A DNA stretch of 64,000 nucleotides from Myxococcota bacterium (GTDB lineage Bacteria; Myxococcota_A; UBA796). Positions 26,372 through 36,114 of this stretch are shown here, piece by piece. The notes under the pieces are model-generated. The model did no database searches. It had not been told where the DNA came from and was given only the letters and a program-made list of their open reading frames with translations. Both the position numbers and the translations under genes were made by a program. The stretch is from the NCBI GenBank assembly GCA_029251165.1, contig JAQXDW010000095.1:4423-68422 (forward strand), read 5' to 3'. The stretch's first letter is position 1. Each line of letters begins with the position of its first letter.

Positions 26372-28132
26372 ATGCCTGTGCTGATCAGCTTTCTGTTGGC
26401 GCTGTACTGCCTCCGTCCGGTCTGGTGGCGTCCGGACGCGGTCCTGATCGGCGGCTGGGCGCATCCGGACACCCTGTCCAACCACTGGCTGCTGGCCTGG
26501 GTCGCGGAGCGCCTGTCGCGCGGACAGGGGATCCTGCACAACGACGACTACTACTGGCCCGTCGGCGATGCCCCAGTGCTGGCCGGCAACGGCGGGGAGG
26601 GTGTGGCGTATCTGCCGTTCCACCTGATGCTGGGCTGGCCGACCGCCGTCGCGCCCTACGCGGTGATGATCCTCACCCTCAACGGGGTCGCTGGCGCGGC
26701 GCTGGCCCGGTCAGTGGGGGCGAGCGCACCGGCATCCTGGCTCGCTGCTGCGGCGACGGTCTGCTTCCCCTACACCCTCCAGGAGCTGTCTGCGGGGCGG
26801 TTCTCCCAGGTGAGCATCTGCTGGGGAATGTTCGCGCTGGCGGCTTTCTTCCGGCTGCTGGAGGAGCCGAGCCGCAGGCAGGCGGCGCTGTGCGGCGTGA
26901 TGCTGGCTTTGGCCGGTTTTTTCTATTGGTACTACGCCTTCTTTGCGTGTCTTGCGATCGGTGTGATCCTCCTGGGCCGCTGGCGAGACATCCCATGGCG
27001 AGCGGTCGCCGGAGCGCTGGGCTTCTCCGCGATCCTGATCGCACCGTGGCTGGTGCTGTTCCTCGCCAACTTCACGGCAATTCCCGGAGCTGCGGAGGCC
27101 TTCCCCAGCCCCCACGCCGCGATGAAGTCGGCACCGCTCACCCCCCGGCTGCTCGTCGGCCCCGGCCCCGATGCTCACCACACCATGTCTGCGGTGCCCT
27201 GGCTCCTCGGCTTGGCCGGACTCGTCTTCGTCCGGCGGCGCTGGCAGGCGCGCGCGCTGGTGGGGATCGCGGCCCTGTTCGCGGTGCTCTCCCTGGGGCC
27301 TGCGGGCGGACTGTACACCGCGCTGTATGGCCTCGCCGAGCCGCTGCAGCGGTTCTGGTGGCCGCTGCGGCATGTGGTCCTCCTCAACGCCGCCTGGGCT
27401 GCGCTGGCGGCCCTGGCGCTGACGGCTCTTCTGGCCCGCGTGCCGGCCCGCTGGCGGCCGGTGGTTGGTCTCCTCGCGGTGCTGGCAGTGCCGGTCGGGC
27501 TCGCCGCGCAGGGCATCGAGGCGAACCCGAAGTACACCGCCATCTCGCTGCCGCCCCCGGCCTATCCCGCCCTGGCCGACGACCCGGGCCACGTCCTCAT
27601 CGAGCCCCCCCTGCTGCCGGCCCTGGCCTCCACCCAGCAGACCCTCATCTACCAGCGATACCACCGCCAGCGGCTCCTCGGCGGCCACGCCCTGTGGGTC
27701 GAGCGGCTGCGACCGCCGGCCTGGGACGACGCGGCGGCAGCAAACAGCTTTCTCGCCGCCCTCCAGCAGCTAGAGCGCGGGGAGGCGGGAGAACAATTCA
27801 CCTTCTCAGCGGACGACCTTCAGGTGCTCCTCGATGCGGACGTCCGCTACCTCTCGATCAACCGCGAGCTGTTCCCGCTCAACTTCAAGACCCTCGTTCG
27901 CCGGTACCGGGACATCGCCGACGCCCTGTTTGGCGCGCCGGTCCAGCGTGCCGCCGGGCTGTGGATCTGGGACCTGCGGCAGTGGAGCGGGGAGAGCACG
28001 GTCGCGATCGCGCCCTGGAGCTGGCCAGCCGGGGTTCGCCCCGGCGGACCTGAGATCGCCATCAGCGGACGGCGGCCGGCCAGCGTCAGTTTCGGAGAAG
28101 TGGAGCCAGCATCTGGTCTAATGCCTCCATGA
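26372..28132 (+). CDS. Polytopic membrane protein, GT-C-like
   Basis: DTLSNHWLLAWV, YYWPVG, YWYY, RFWWPLRH, YQRYHRQRLLGG. True start ATG 26372; stop overlaps the fadD-like start. Confidence 0.7.
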   Translation: MPVLISFLLALYCLRPVWWRPDAVLIGGWAHPDTLSNHWLLAWVAERLSRGQGILHNDDYYWPVGDAPVLAGNGGEGVAYLPFHLMLGWPTAVAPYAVMILTLNGVAGAALARSVGASAPASWLAAAATVCFPYTLQELSAGRFSQVSICWGMFALAAFFRLLEEPSRRQAALCGVMLALAGFFYWYYAFFACLAIGVILLGRWRDIPWRAVAGALGFSAILIAPWLVLFLANFTAIPGAAEAFPSPHAAMKSAPLTPRLLVGPGPDAHHTMSAVPWLLGLAGLVFVRRRWQARALVGIAALFAVLSLGPAGGLYTALYGLAEPLQRFWWPLRHVVLLNAAWAALAALALTALLARVPARWRPVVGLLAVLAVPVGLAAQGIEANPKYTAISLPPPAYPALADDPGHVLIEPPLLPALASTQQTLIYQRYHRQRLLGGHALWVERLRPPAWDDAAAANSFLAALQQLERGEAGEQFTFSADDLQVLLDADVRYLSINRELFPLNFKTLVRRYRDIADALFGAPVQRAAGLWIWDLRQWSGESTVAIAPWSWPAGVRPGGPEIAISGRRPASVSFGEVEPASGLMPP

Positions 28133-29886
28133 CCACCATTCCCCACCGCCTGTTCGCTCAGGGCGACGCTCTCGGCAGCGCGCCGGCCTACCACGAGAAG
28201 ATCGGGGGCGACTGGGTCGTCACCGACTGGCAGACCTATGCCGACACCACCCGTCAGGTCGCCCGTGCCCTCATTGGCCTCGGACTTCAGCCCAACGGTC
28301 GGGTCTGCATCCTGTCCTTCAACCGCCCGGAGTGGGTGCTCGTTGATGTCGGCTGCATGGCTGCAGGGGGCGTGCCGGCGGGGATCTATGAGACCTGCTC
28401 TGCGGAGGAGGTTGCCTACATCCTCCAGCACTCTGAGGCCCGCCTGGCGTTTGTCGAGAGCGAGGAGCAGTGGAACAAGATCGCGGAGAATCGAGCTGAG
28501 CTGTCGGATCTGAAGGCGGTGGTGACCTTCCGGGGGGTGCCCGAGATCGACGATCCGCTGGTGATGTCCTGGGCGGACTTCCTCACCCATGCAGGCGGGG
28601 TGGCGGACGGTGCGGTGGCGGAGCGACTGGACGGCCTGAAGCCGGACGCGCCCGCGACCTTCATCTACACCTCTGGCACCACCGGTCCCCCCAAGGCGGT
28701 GATGCTCTCGCACAACAACCTCGCCTGGACTGCAGACGCGGCCATCGGCATTGTCGGCCTCGGACCAACCGACAGCACCGTCTCTTACCTCCCGCTGTCG
28801 CACATCGCCGAGCAGATGTTCACCATCCTCGCCCCGATCACCGCCGGCAGCCAGGTCTACTACGCCCAGTCTCGCGAGACGATGGCGGAGAACATCGTCG
28901 AGGTCCAGCCCACCGTGTTCCTCGGCGTCCCGCGGGTGTGGGAGAAGATGCACGCCAAGATCACTGCCGGCCTGGAGAATGCGCCGCCGATGAAGAAGCG
29001 GCTGGCGGGCTGGGCGCTGGGTGTGGGGCAGCGGGTCAATGCCCTGCGCAACCGCAGCGCGACTCCGGGCCTGCTGCTGACGCTCCAGTACCGGCTGGCT
29101 CGGCGGCTGGTCTACGACAAAGCACGTCCGAAGTTTGGCATGGGCCGGGTGCGGGTTGCAGTCACCGGGGCTGCCCCGATCGCTCCAGAGATCATCGCGT
29201 TCTTCGCTGGACTCGATCTCCAGATCCATGAGGTCTACGGGCAGTCCGAGGACTGCGGCCCGACCAGCTTCAACCGGCCCGGCGCGACGAAGATCGGCAC
29301 TGTCGGTCCCGCAATTCCGGGAGTGACCATCAAGATCGCAGGAGACGGCGAGATCCTGGTGTCTGGCCCCAACGTCTTCCTCGGCTACTACAAGGACCCC
29401 GCCGCCACCGCTGAGGCCCTCACCGATGGCTGGCTGTACTCTGGTGACCTCGGACAGCTCGATGAAGACGGCTTCCTGAGCATCACCGGCCGCAAGAAGG
29501 ACATCATCATCACTGCCGGGGGCAAGAACATCGCGCCCAAGAACATCGAGGCGGCGCTGAAGAACCTGCCGCTGGTCAGCCAGGCCGTGGTCATCGGCGA
29601 TCGCCGAAAATTCATCTCGGCGCTGATCACGCTCGACCCGGACGTCGCAGCGCAGCGCAGCACCGCAGCGGCTCCCCACGAAGATGCCGCAGTTCGCGCG
29701 GAGCTTCAGCGCGGTGTCGACAGCGTCAACGAACGGTTTGCCCGGGTCGAGCATGTCCGGAAGTTCACCATCCTTCCCCGAGACCTCGACGTCGAGAACA
29801 AAGAGCTGACCCCGACCCTGAAGGTCAAGCGCCGCATCGTCAGCGACAATTGGGCGGAGGTCATCGAGGCGATGTATGCCGACTGA
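28129..29886 (+). CDS. fadD: Long-chain fatty acid--CoA ligase (AMP-binding)
   Basis: IYTSGTTGPPK, YLPLSHIAE, VYGQSE, SGDLG, GRKKDIIITAGGKNIAP, ELTPTLKVKR. Confidence 0.88.
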   Translation: MTTIPHRLFAQGDALGSAPAYHEKIGGDWVVTDWQTYADTTRQVARALIGLGLQPNGRVCILSFNRPEWVLVDVGCMAAGGVPAGIYETCSAEEVAYILQHSEARLAFVESEEQWNKIAENRAELSDLKAVVTFRGVPEIDDPLVMSWADFLTHAGGVADGAVAERLDGLKPDAPATFIYTSGTTGPPKAVMLSHNNLAWTADAAIGIVGLGPTDSTVSYLPLSHIAEQMFTILAPITAGSQVYYAQSRETMAENIVEVQPTVFLGVPRVWEKMHAKITAGLENAPPMKKRLAGWALGVGQRVNALRNRSATPGLLLTLQYRLARRLVYDKARPKFGMGRVRVAVTGAAPIAPEIIAFFAGLDLQIHEVYGQSEDCGPTSFNRPGATKIGTVGPAIPGVTIKIAGDGEILVSGPNVFLGYYKDPAATAEALTDGWLYSGDLGQLDEDGFLSITGRKKDIIITAGGKNIAPKNIEAALKNLPLVSQAVVIGDRRKFISALITLDPDVAAQRSTAAAPHEDAAVRAELQRGVDSVNERFARVEHVRKFTILPRDLDVENKELTPTLKVKRRIVSDNWAEVIEAMYAD

Positions 29887-30409
29887 GGGCGTGCGCCGCT
29901 CCCGGGAGTACCGAGCCATCGCAGACCACTACGGCGAGCGGTGTGCGCAGCGCAGCGGGGTGCGGCTCATCAACCACATCGACGAGGGCATTGCCTTGCT
30001 GGCGCACCTGGGGGCAGGCGAGCAGGCGATGCGGGCCTTCTGCATCCACCCGCTCCTCCAGTCCGACGCTGACCTCGCCGCTGTCGACCTCGCCGCGCTG
30101 AGCGATGACGTCGTGGTGATGGCCCTGGCGATGGAGTACCGAAGCGTCGCGAATGCCTACTCATCATCGATGGGAGCGCGGACACCGGCAGACATTCGGC
30201 TGTCTCCGCTGACGGCGGTCAACGACATGCTGCGCGCGGACAAGGTCCAGAACTACAAGGACTTCTTGCGGTTTCACGACGGGGTGCACGCACACAGTGA
30301 CAGGCTGCACCGATACTTCCAGGCGTGGCTGCGGCGGCTGGGCGTGTGGGAGCGGTTTGAGGCGCTCTGTGCGGTGACAGCACCCCCCGCAGGAGCTGCT
30401 CAGGGCTGA
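29876..30409 (+). CDS. Hypothetical protein, divergent HD/Mesh1-like fold
   Basis: RSGVRLINHIDEG...AFCIHPLLQ...DMLRADKVQNYKDF parallels the SpoT/Mesh1 hydrolase motifs. Confidence 0.6.
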   Translation: MPTEGVRRSREYRAIADHYGERCAQRSGVRLINHIDEGIALLAHLGAGEQAMRAFCIHPLLQSDADLAAVDLAALSDDVVVMALAMEYRSVANAYSSSMGARTPADIRLSPLTAVNDMLRADKVQNYKDFLRFHDGVHAHSDRLHRYFQAWLRRLGVWERFEALCAVTAPPAGAAQG

Positions 30410-30520
30410 GCGCTCTCGCGGGTGCCAGATTTTTGTTTAAATTCTGCCGAATTGTTGTCTGTTTGTTGTCCGAAAAGCAATGGCAAACGCCGATTAACCT
30501 TCATCTTATGGAGGTGGTTG

Positions 30521-31918
30521 ATGCTGTGGGTACTTGGACTGGGATGCTCGGAGCCGGTGATCGAGGAGCGACCATGGAGTGCAGATCCCATCCTGCTGAC
30601 CATCAGCGTTCATGGTCACAACTATGGGCTCGACACCAGCAATGAGGACGCAGCGTCGTACCGCGAAGAGCGCTACACGAGCCATCAGACGGAGCTGCTC
30701 TGGCTTGCAGACCTCGCAGAGTCTGAGGGCATGCTGCTCAGCGTGCAGCTCAACGGCGAGTATGCCCGAGATGCCATCGCCTTCGACGACACCGCGCACC
30801 TCGATGCCTTGCAGGATGCCGGACACGAGCTGTCGGTTCACTTTCATCGCTTCCACCTCGATCCGGAGGGCAGCAGCTGGCTGGAGTACGAGGCGCACGA
30901 GGCGAGCGAGGCGCGGGTTCGGCAGACCTGGGCAGACCACATCAATGCGTTCGAGGATGCTGTCGGGACCGCGCCGATTCGTGTGGATGCCGCCACCGGC
31001 ATCGACACCCCTGAGCAGCTCGCCCTGCTCGATGACCTGGAGGCGGAGTACGGCATCGAGGTCAGCCACAACCTGGGAGAGCGCCTGTCGTACACTCCCT
31101 GGAACATCAAGCCGATGACCCCCTATCGCCGGGCTGTAGGGGCCTACACCCGCTCCGATCCCGACGGACAGTCGATCACCACCAGCGCGCTGGGGCAGGT
31201 CACCAACGCGCCCCCTCAAGGGCACCACGCCGTCTACAGCTCGCCCGATCAGATCCGCCGACACCTCCTGGTCTTGGAGGCGGAGCGTCGACACCAGGCG
31301 CTTGCTGGGGTGGACGATCCGGTCTGGCAGTTCGGGATCATGACCCACCTCGACCTCAACGCCGCCAACCGCCTGCCGGTGGAGAACATGGTCCGGGAGC
31401 TGGCGGAGCAGACCCGCCGCGATGGCCTCGCCGTGCCGGCCACCGACTCGATTGTGCTCGATGCGTTTGAGGCGTGGGAGGTTCGGAACCCGGGAGCGGT
31501 CGCGTTCTCGTTTGACTGGGAGGGCTGGCTGGCTGGCGATGATGTGTCGCTGCCCTATGCCCTGGAGGGGGTCATCTGCGGCCTGAAAGACACGGAGCAT
31601 CACGCCTCCATTGTGCCCTCATCAGGGGTCTATGGGGTCGAGCTGAAGGGCCGGGAGATCATGCGCGAGCCTCCAGATGAGCGAGGCTTTCCGGGAGAGA
31701 TGGCCGTCGGGGATGCACTGGGTCCGATCTACATGCTGTGGAGCGAGCAGCACAGCGACACCACCATCGACTTCTCTCCCAAGCTCTCCGGCACAGTCTG
31801 GGTCATGGATGGCCTCTCCGGTGAGATCACCACCCAGGATGCTGGGCAGCTGACGGTCCCCACCGCCCCCATCCTCGTCACCCGAGACCCCGCCCTGCTG
31901 GATGGGTGCGAGGCATAG
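30521..31918 (+). CDS. Lipoprotein, possible polysaccharide deacetylase/GH38-57-like metal-binding barrel
   Basis: MLWVLGLGC; SVHGH, GHELSVHFH, IMTH His motifs. Confidence 0.55.
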   Translation: MLWVLGLGCSEPVIEERPWSADPILLTISVHGHNYGLDTSNEDAASYREERYTSHQTELLWLADLAESEGMLLSVQLNGEYARDAIAFDDTAHLDALQDAGHELSVHFHRFHLDPEGSSWLEYEAHEASEARVRQTWADHINAFEDAVGTAPIRVDAATGIDTPEQLALLDDLEAEYGIEVSHNLGERLSYTPWNIKPMTPYRRAVGAYTRSDPDGQSITTSALGQVTNAPPQGHHAVYSSPDQIRRHLLVLEAERRHQALAGVDDPVWQFGIMTHLDLNAANRLPVENMVRELAEQTRRDGLAVPATDSIVLDAFEAWEVRNPGAVAFSFDWEGWLAGDDVSLPYALEGVICGLKDTEHHASIVPSSGVYGVELKGREIMREPPDERGFPGEMAVGDALGPIYMLWSEQHSDTTIDFSPKLSGTVWVMDGLSGEITTQDAGQLTVPTAPILVTRDPALLDGCEA

Positions 31919-32091
31919 CAGCGCGCCGTCACTGGCTTGGAAGCATCACGACCTGAATTAAACAATTGAGATTCAATTCCAACGGCTCTGGTCTGATGGG
32001 CAGCCCGGCGAGAAGACGAAAACACCAGACAGAAAGAAAAATTGTCAGAACACCGACCCTGCTGGCGAACAGGTCTGTCAGGAGGTCAGGT

Positions 32092-32394
32092 GTGGATGTG
32101 ATAGCGCTGAATGCCGCAGATGTTGATCTGAAGCGACGGGAGATCCGCCGCGCGGAGCAGACCCTTCGACTGACCCGGATCGAGCACCGGCTGATGCAGT
32201 GGTTTGCCCGACATCCCGGCGAGCTGTTCAGCCAGGCAGAGCTGCTGGAGGCTGTGTGGGGCTACCTGCCCGGGACGCGATCTTGCACGGTCTACACCAC
32301 CATCCAGCGCCTCCGACGGAAGCTGGAGATCGATCCCCGACACCCTCGTCATCTCCAGACGGTCTATGGTGTCGGCTATCGGTTCGAGCCGTGA
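32092..32394 (+). CDS. Stand-alone OmpR/PhoB-type winged-helix DNA-binding domain
   Basis: LTRIEHRLM..FARHPGELFSQAELLEAVWGY...TIQRLRRKLEIDP..P..LQTVYGVGYRF; AGGAGG RBS before GTG 32092; no receiver domain. Confidence 0.8.
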   Translation: MDVIALNAADVDLKRREIRRAEQTLRLTRIEHRLMQWFARHPGELFSQAELLEAVWGYLPGTRSCTVYTTIQRLRRKLEIDPRHPRHLQTVYGVGYRFEP

Positions 32395-33074
32395 GCATGC
32401 TCTGGGCGCTCACGGCTCGGTCGATGCCGGAGACGACGCTCTCCTCGAACGAAGAGGCGGTGATGCCCAGGACCCCGGAGCAGCTCCTCACTGACACCCT
32501 CTGCGGCAGCACTGAGGCTCGGGAGGGACTGATGCGCTGCCTCCTGCCGGTGATTCATGCCCGGGTTGGTCGCGCGGTCCTGCGCCATGGTCCCGCCTCG
32601 GTCCACAACAACCTCCGGATGGAGGTCGAGGATCTGGTGCAGGAGATCTGCCTGTCGCTGTTTACCGATGACTGTCGGATCCTGCGCAGCTGGTCGAGCC
32701 GCCACGGCGTCCCGCTGGCAGGCTTTGTGGGCATGGTGTCTCGTCGGCGCACGATCTCGCTGCTGCGGCGGCGCTGGCAGACCGAGACGCCGGTCCCCGA
32801 CGAGCTCCTGGCGCAGGCTGCGGGAGCGGCCGCTCTGGAGGACGATCTGATCCGCCGAGATCTTCTGATGCGCGCATTTGCGGTTGTGGAGTCGGCGCAG
32901 AAGCCGCTGGGCCGACAGATGCTGCGGATGCTGTTTATCGAGGGGCTCCCGGTGTCTGAGATTGAGGCACAGACCGGTCGCAGCGCAGCGGCAATTTACC
33001 AGTGGCGCCACCGGCTGATCGGGGCGCTCCAGCAGGTGCTCCAGCAGCTTAAGGCTGAGGCAGGTGACGAATGA
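32391..33074 (+). CDS. ECF sigma-70 factor (start uncertain: 32391, 32397 or 32463)
   Basis: EVEDLVQEICLSLF...LRSW...L.GFV.MVSRRRTISLLRRR; EGLPVSEIEAQTGRSAAAIYQWRHRL. Confidence 0.85.
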   Translation: MSMLWALTARSMPETTLSSNEEAVMPRTPEQLLTDTLCGSTEAREGLMRCLLPVIHARVGRAVLRHGPASVHNNLRMEVEDLVQEICLSLFTDDCRILRSWSSRHGVPLAGFVGMVSRRRTISLLRRRWQTETPVPDELLAQAAGAAALEDDLIRRDLLMRAFAVVESAQKPLGRQMLRMLFIEGLPVSEIEAQTGRSAAAIYQWRHRLIGALQQVLQQLKAEAGDE

Positions 33075-33829
33075 AGTCAGACAACAGCCCTGATGAGCTC
33101 GACATGGAGCACCTCGATGCGCGCTGGGATGCGCTGTCGGCAGGAGAGCTGAGCGACGAAGAGGCCGCCGCGCTCGCTGCGCTGGATCCTGCCGCAGCGC
33201 TGGCCCTCGCGCCGCTCGGCTCAGGCTTTGCAAGCCGCCTCAGCGCGGAGCTGGCGGTGATCCCGCTGCCGTCCGCGCCGGCCCCGCGCCGTCGCCGATG
33301 GCTCTGGGCTCCCCGGCTGCTGGCTGCCCTGGCGGTGCTGTGTGTGGTCCGGCTCGGGGTGGTGCTCAGCACGTCGCCGACGGCGCTCCCGAGCTATCGG
33401 CTGCTCGCCCGCCCCGGTGACCTCCCTGAGCGCTCGAACAGCGCCGACTCGGATGCGGTCATGACCCTGGCGACCGGCTCTGCGATGCGTCTCCTCATCC
33501 GCCCCCACACCCGACCCGAGTCCCCCACGCAGGTCGCGGTGTTCTCGCAGACGGCACAGGGGTGGGCGCCGATGTCGCTCAAGGTGTCCTCGGACGGCGG
33601 CGTGCATCGACTGGTGGGCACGGTTGGGGATGACCTCTCGCTGCCGGCCGGCCACCACACCCTGCTGATCGGCGTCGGGCCGGCGGGTCCGGTCGGGCTG
33701 CTGGAGCGCGCGGCTCCGGTGCGGGGGTGGCGTGCGACCTTCTCCGCAGATGCCCTGGACACCGCCATGCAGGACCCGCCTGAGCACTGGACCTTCTGGC
33801 AGCATGAGGTCATCATCTCTACGAAATGA
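33071..33829 (+). CDS. Putative membrane anti-sigma factor
   Basis: Helical N-terminus (WDALSAGELSDEE), PRRRRW + TM, extracytoplasmic beta-domain. ATGA-coupled to both the sigma and CHAT genes. Confidence 0.65.
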   Translation: MKSDNSPDELDMEHLDARWDALSAGELSDEEAAALAALDPAAALALAPLGSGFASRLSAELAVIPLPSAPAPRRRRWLWAPRLLAALAVLCVVRLGVVLSTSPTALPSYRLLARPGDLPERSNSADSDAVMTLATGSAMRLLIRPHTRPESPTQVAVFSQTAQGWAPMSLKVSSDGGVHRLVGTVGDDLSLPAGHHTLLIGVGPAGPVGLLERAAPVRGWRATFSADALDTAMQDPPEHWTFWQHEVIISTK

Positions 33830-36114
33830 TCTTCCTCGCGCTGCTTGGCTGTATGCAGCCACCGTCACCGGCCACGCTGCCGCTGATGTTTGATGGCTGT
33901 GCAGCGGTGGAGGCCGGCCCGCGCTGCCTGATGCGTGGCGCGTCGGTGCGCCTGTGGATCGAGGCGCTCCCGCCGCTGGACGTGCGCGTTGATGGACAGC
34001 TGGTGACAGTGCTCGCCCAGGTCGAGGGCGGCGGGGTGCTGCTGGACGTGCCGACTCCGGTCGGCGCCGAAGAAGTGGTGATTGCCGATGAAACCGGGCG
34101 GATCGGACGGCTCCTGCTGGGGGAAGCGCCGCCCGATGCTGTGGAGCAGCCAGCGCTGCTGGCGGGGCTGTCTTTGGTAGAGGCTGCGATTCATCGCGGC
34201 GACGTCGTGGCTGCAGAGGCGCACCTCCAGCAGCTCCAGGCGGTGCTTCCCGGAGACATCCGCTCGGCGTGGCAGGTCGCGCACTGGCAGGGAGAGCTGG
34301 CGGGCTATCGCGGTGATCACCGCGCCGCGATGGGGCACTACCGGATGGCGAACCAGCTCGCAGGGCGACTGCTGGATCCCGTCAACACCACCACCTTGGT
34401 CCGGCTGGCCGAGAACCTCGCGGCGGTGGGGCGCCATCGAGAGGCGCGCCAGCTCCTGCGGGATGTCCAGGGCTGTGTGGCGCAGGAGGCTCGGGCATGG
34501 CTGATGCTGGAGGCTGTGGAGCTGAGTGATGTGGAGCGGGCACCGATCCGGTCGCTCGACTGCCGCGGGGTCTCCCGAGTGGCGCTCTCCAAGGCCCGCG
34601 ATGCCTTGAGGCTGGAGGACCTCGATGCGATGGCTGCAGCGCTCCAGGATGCCGCACCGCAGGGACACGACGAGGCGCTGTGGGCACTGTACCTCCAAGG
34701 CCGACTCCACCAGCGCCGCGGCGAGCTTGCTGTGGCACGCGAGGTGATGGACAGGGTGATCGCCTCGACCGGAGAAGCCTCTCCGCGCCACCGATGGCAG
34801 TCGCTGGTGGCTCAGGGGGAGATCCTCGCCGCGCTCGGGCAGCACACCGAGGCCATCGTGGTGCTCCACGAGGCCCGTGCGGTCCTGCTGCGTCACAGCC
34901 TGATGGTCCCGCTCCACAACGGCCGCGATCGCTTCCTCAGCCGGGGACTGTCTGCTGACCGGCTGCTGGTGACCGTGCTGCTGGAGGACGGACAGGTCGC
35001 AGAGGCCCTGACGGTGATTCGAAGCGCACGACTCCAGCTCCTCCAGGGACTGCTGGTCGAGCAGTTCTCTGTGTCGGATCAAGCACGCTGGACTGCTGCA
35101 GTGAAGCACTACCAGGAGGCGCGCGCGGCGGTGACACCAGCGCAGTGGACCGCCACCGGAGAGCAGAGCCGGGTCTTGATGACCCTGCGGCGCCGGCAGA
35201 AGGAGGTCGCCCGTCAGGCCTTTGACGCCGGCACTCCCCAGAGCCTGCCTACACTGTCGCTGCGATCACCGGAGCCTGGCGAGCTGATGCTGGCGTGGTT
35301 TGAGCTGGGAGAGGGCTGGGTGGGAATCGCGGCCAGCTCGGATGCGATCCTCGCAGCTTCGATTGATGGAGTCGAGCCCGATGCCTCTCCCGAGGAGCGT
35401 GCGAGGCTGCTGGCCCCGTTTGCCACCCAGATCGCATCCGCTGACGTGCTCACCCTGCTGCCGCATGGCCCGCTTCGTGGCGAAGACCTGCACATGCTGC
35501 CCCTTGATGGTCGGCCCTTGCTGGCACACCTCCCGGTCCGCTACAGCCTCGATCTGCCCCCTCGGAGCCCTCGTCCAGCCGGGACCCGCGCAGCTGTCGT
35601 CAGCGATCCCCGGCTCAACCTGCATGGCGCACGGGAGGAAGCCGATCTGGTCGCTGCTGCGCTGGGTCAGGCTGGGTGGGTGGTGGACACCCTCTCCGGG
35701 ACCGAGGCCGCTCGCAGCCCGCTGCTGTCGCTGCTGTCGGGCGTCTCCATGCTGCACTACGCCGGACACGGGGAGCGCAACAACATCGTGACGGAGAGTG
35801 CGTTTCTGGTCGCAGCCGGCGAGCGACTGACTGTGGGTGACCTGCTCACCCTGGCTCAGGCTCCGCAGACTGTGGTGCTCTCCACGTGTGATGGTGCCGC
35901 CTCTCCGGCGGTTGCTGCCGAGAGTCTCGGGCTCGCTCAGGCATTCCTTCTGGCGGGGGCAGAGCAGGTCATCGCAGCGGTGGAGCCAGTCCAGGACCGC
36001 GACAGTCGCGTGCTGATGGAGCACCTGTACGCGAGCCCAGCCGATCCCGTTGGCGCATGGCGGGATGCCGTGCTCGCGTCAGACGCGGCTCCGTATCGGC
36101 TGATGGTACCCTGA
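33826..36114 (+). CDS. Lipoprotein with TPR-like repeats and C-terminal CHAT protease domain
   Basis: MIFLALLGC; helical repeats; LPHGPL...LHML, DPRLNL..AREEA, LHYAGHG (His), VVLSTCDG (Cys), GLAQAFLLAGA..VIA. Confidence 0.88.
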   Translation: MIFLALLGCMQPPSPATLPLMFDGCAAVEAGPRCLMRGASVRLWIEALPPLDVRVDGQLVTVLAQVEGGGVLLDVPTPVGAEEVVIADETGRIGRLLLGEAPPDAVEQPALLAGLSLVEAAIHRGDVVAAEAHLQQLQAVLPGDIRSAWQVAHWQGELAGYRGDHRAAMGHYRMANQLAGRLLDPVNTTTLVRLAENLAAVGRHREARQLLRDVQGCVAQEARAWLMLEAVELSDVERAPIRSLDCRGVSRVALSKARDALRLEDLDAMAAALQDAAPQGHDEALWALYLQGRLHQRRGELAVAREVMDRVIASTGEASPRHRWQSLVAQGEILAALGQHTEAIVVLHEARAVLLRHSLMVPLHNGRDRFLSRGLSADRLLVTVLLEDGQVAEALTVIRSARLQLLQGLLVEQFSVSDQARWTAAVKHYQEARAAVTPAQWTATGEQSRVLMTLRRRQKEVARQAFDAGTPQSLPTLSLRSPEPGELMLAWFELGEGWVGIAASSDAILAASIDGVEPDASPEERARLLAPFATQIASADVLTLLPHGPLRGEDLHMLPLDGRPLLAHLPVRYSLDLPPRSPRPAGTRAAVVSDPRLNLHGAREEADLVAAALGQAGWVVDTLSGTEAARSPLLSLLSGVSMLHYAGHGERNNIVTESAFLVAAGERLTVGDLLTLAQAPQTVVLSTCDGAASPAVAAESLGLAQAFLLAGAEQVIAAVEPVQDRDSRVLMEHLYASPADPVGAWRDAVLASDAAPYRLMVP

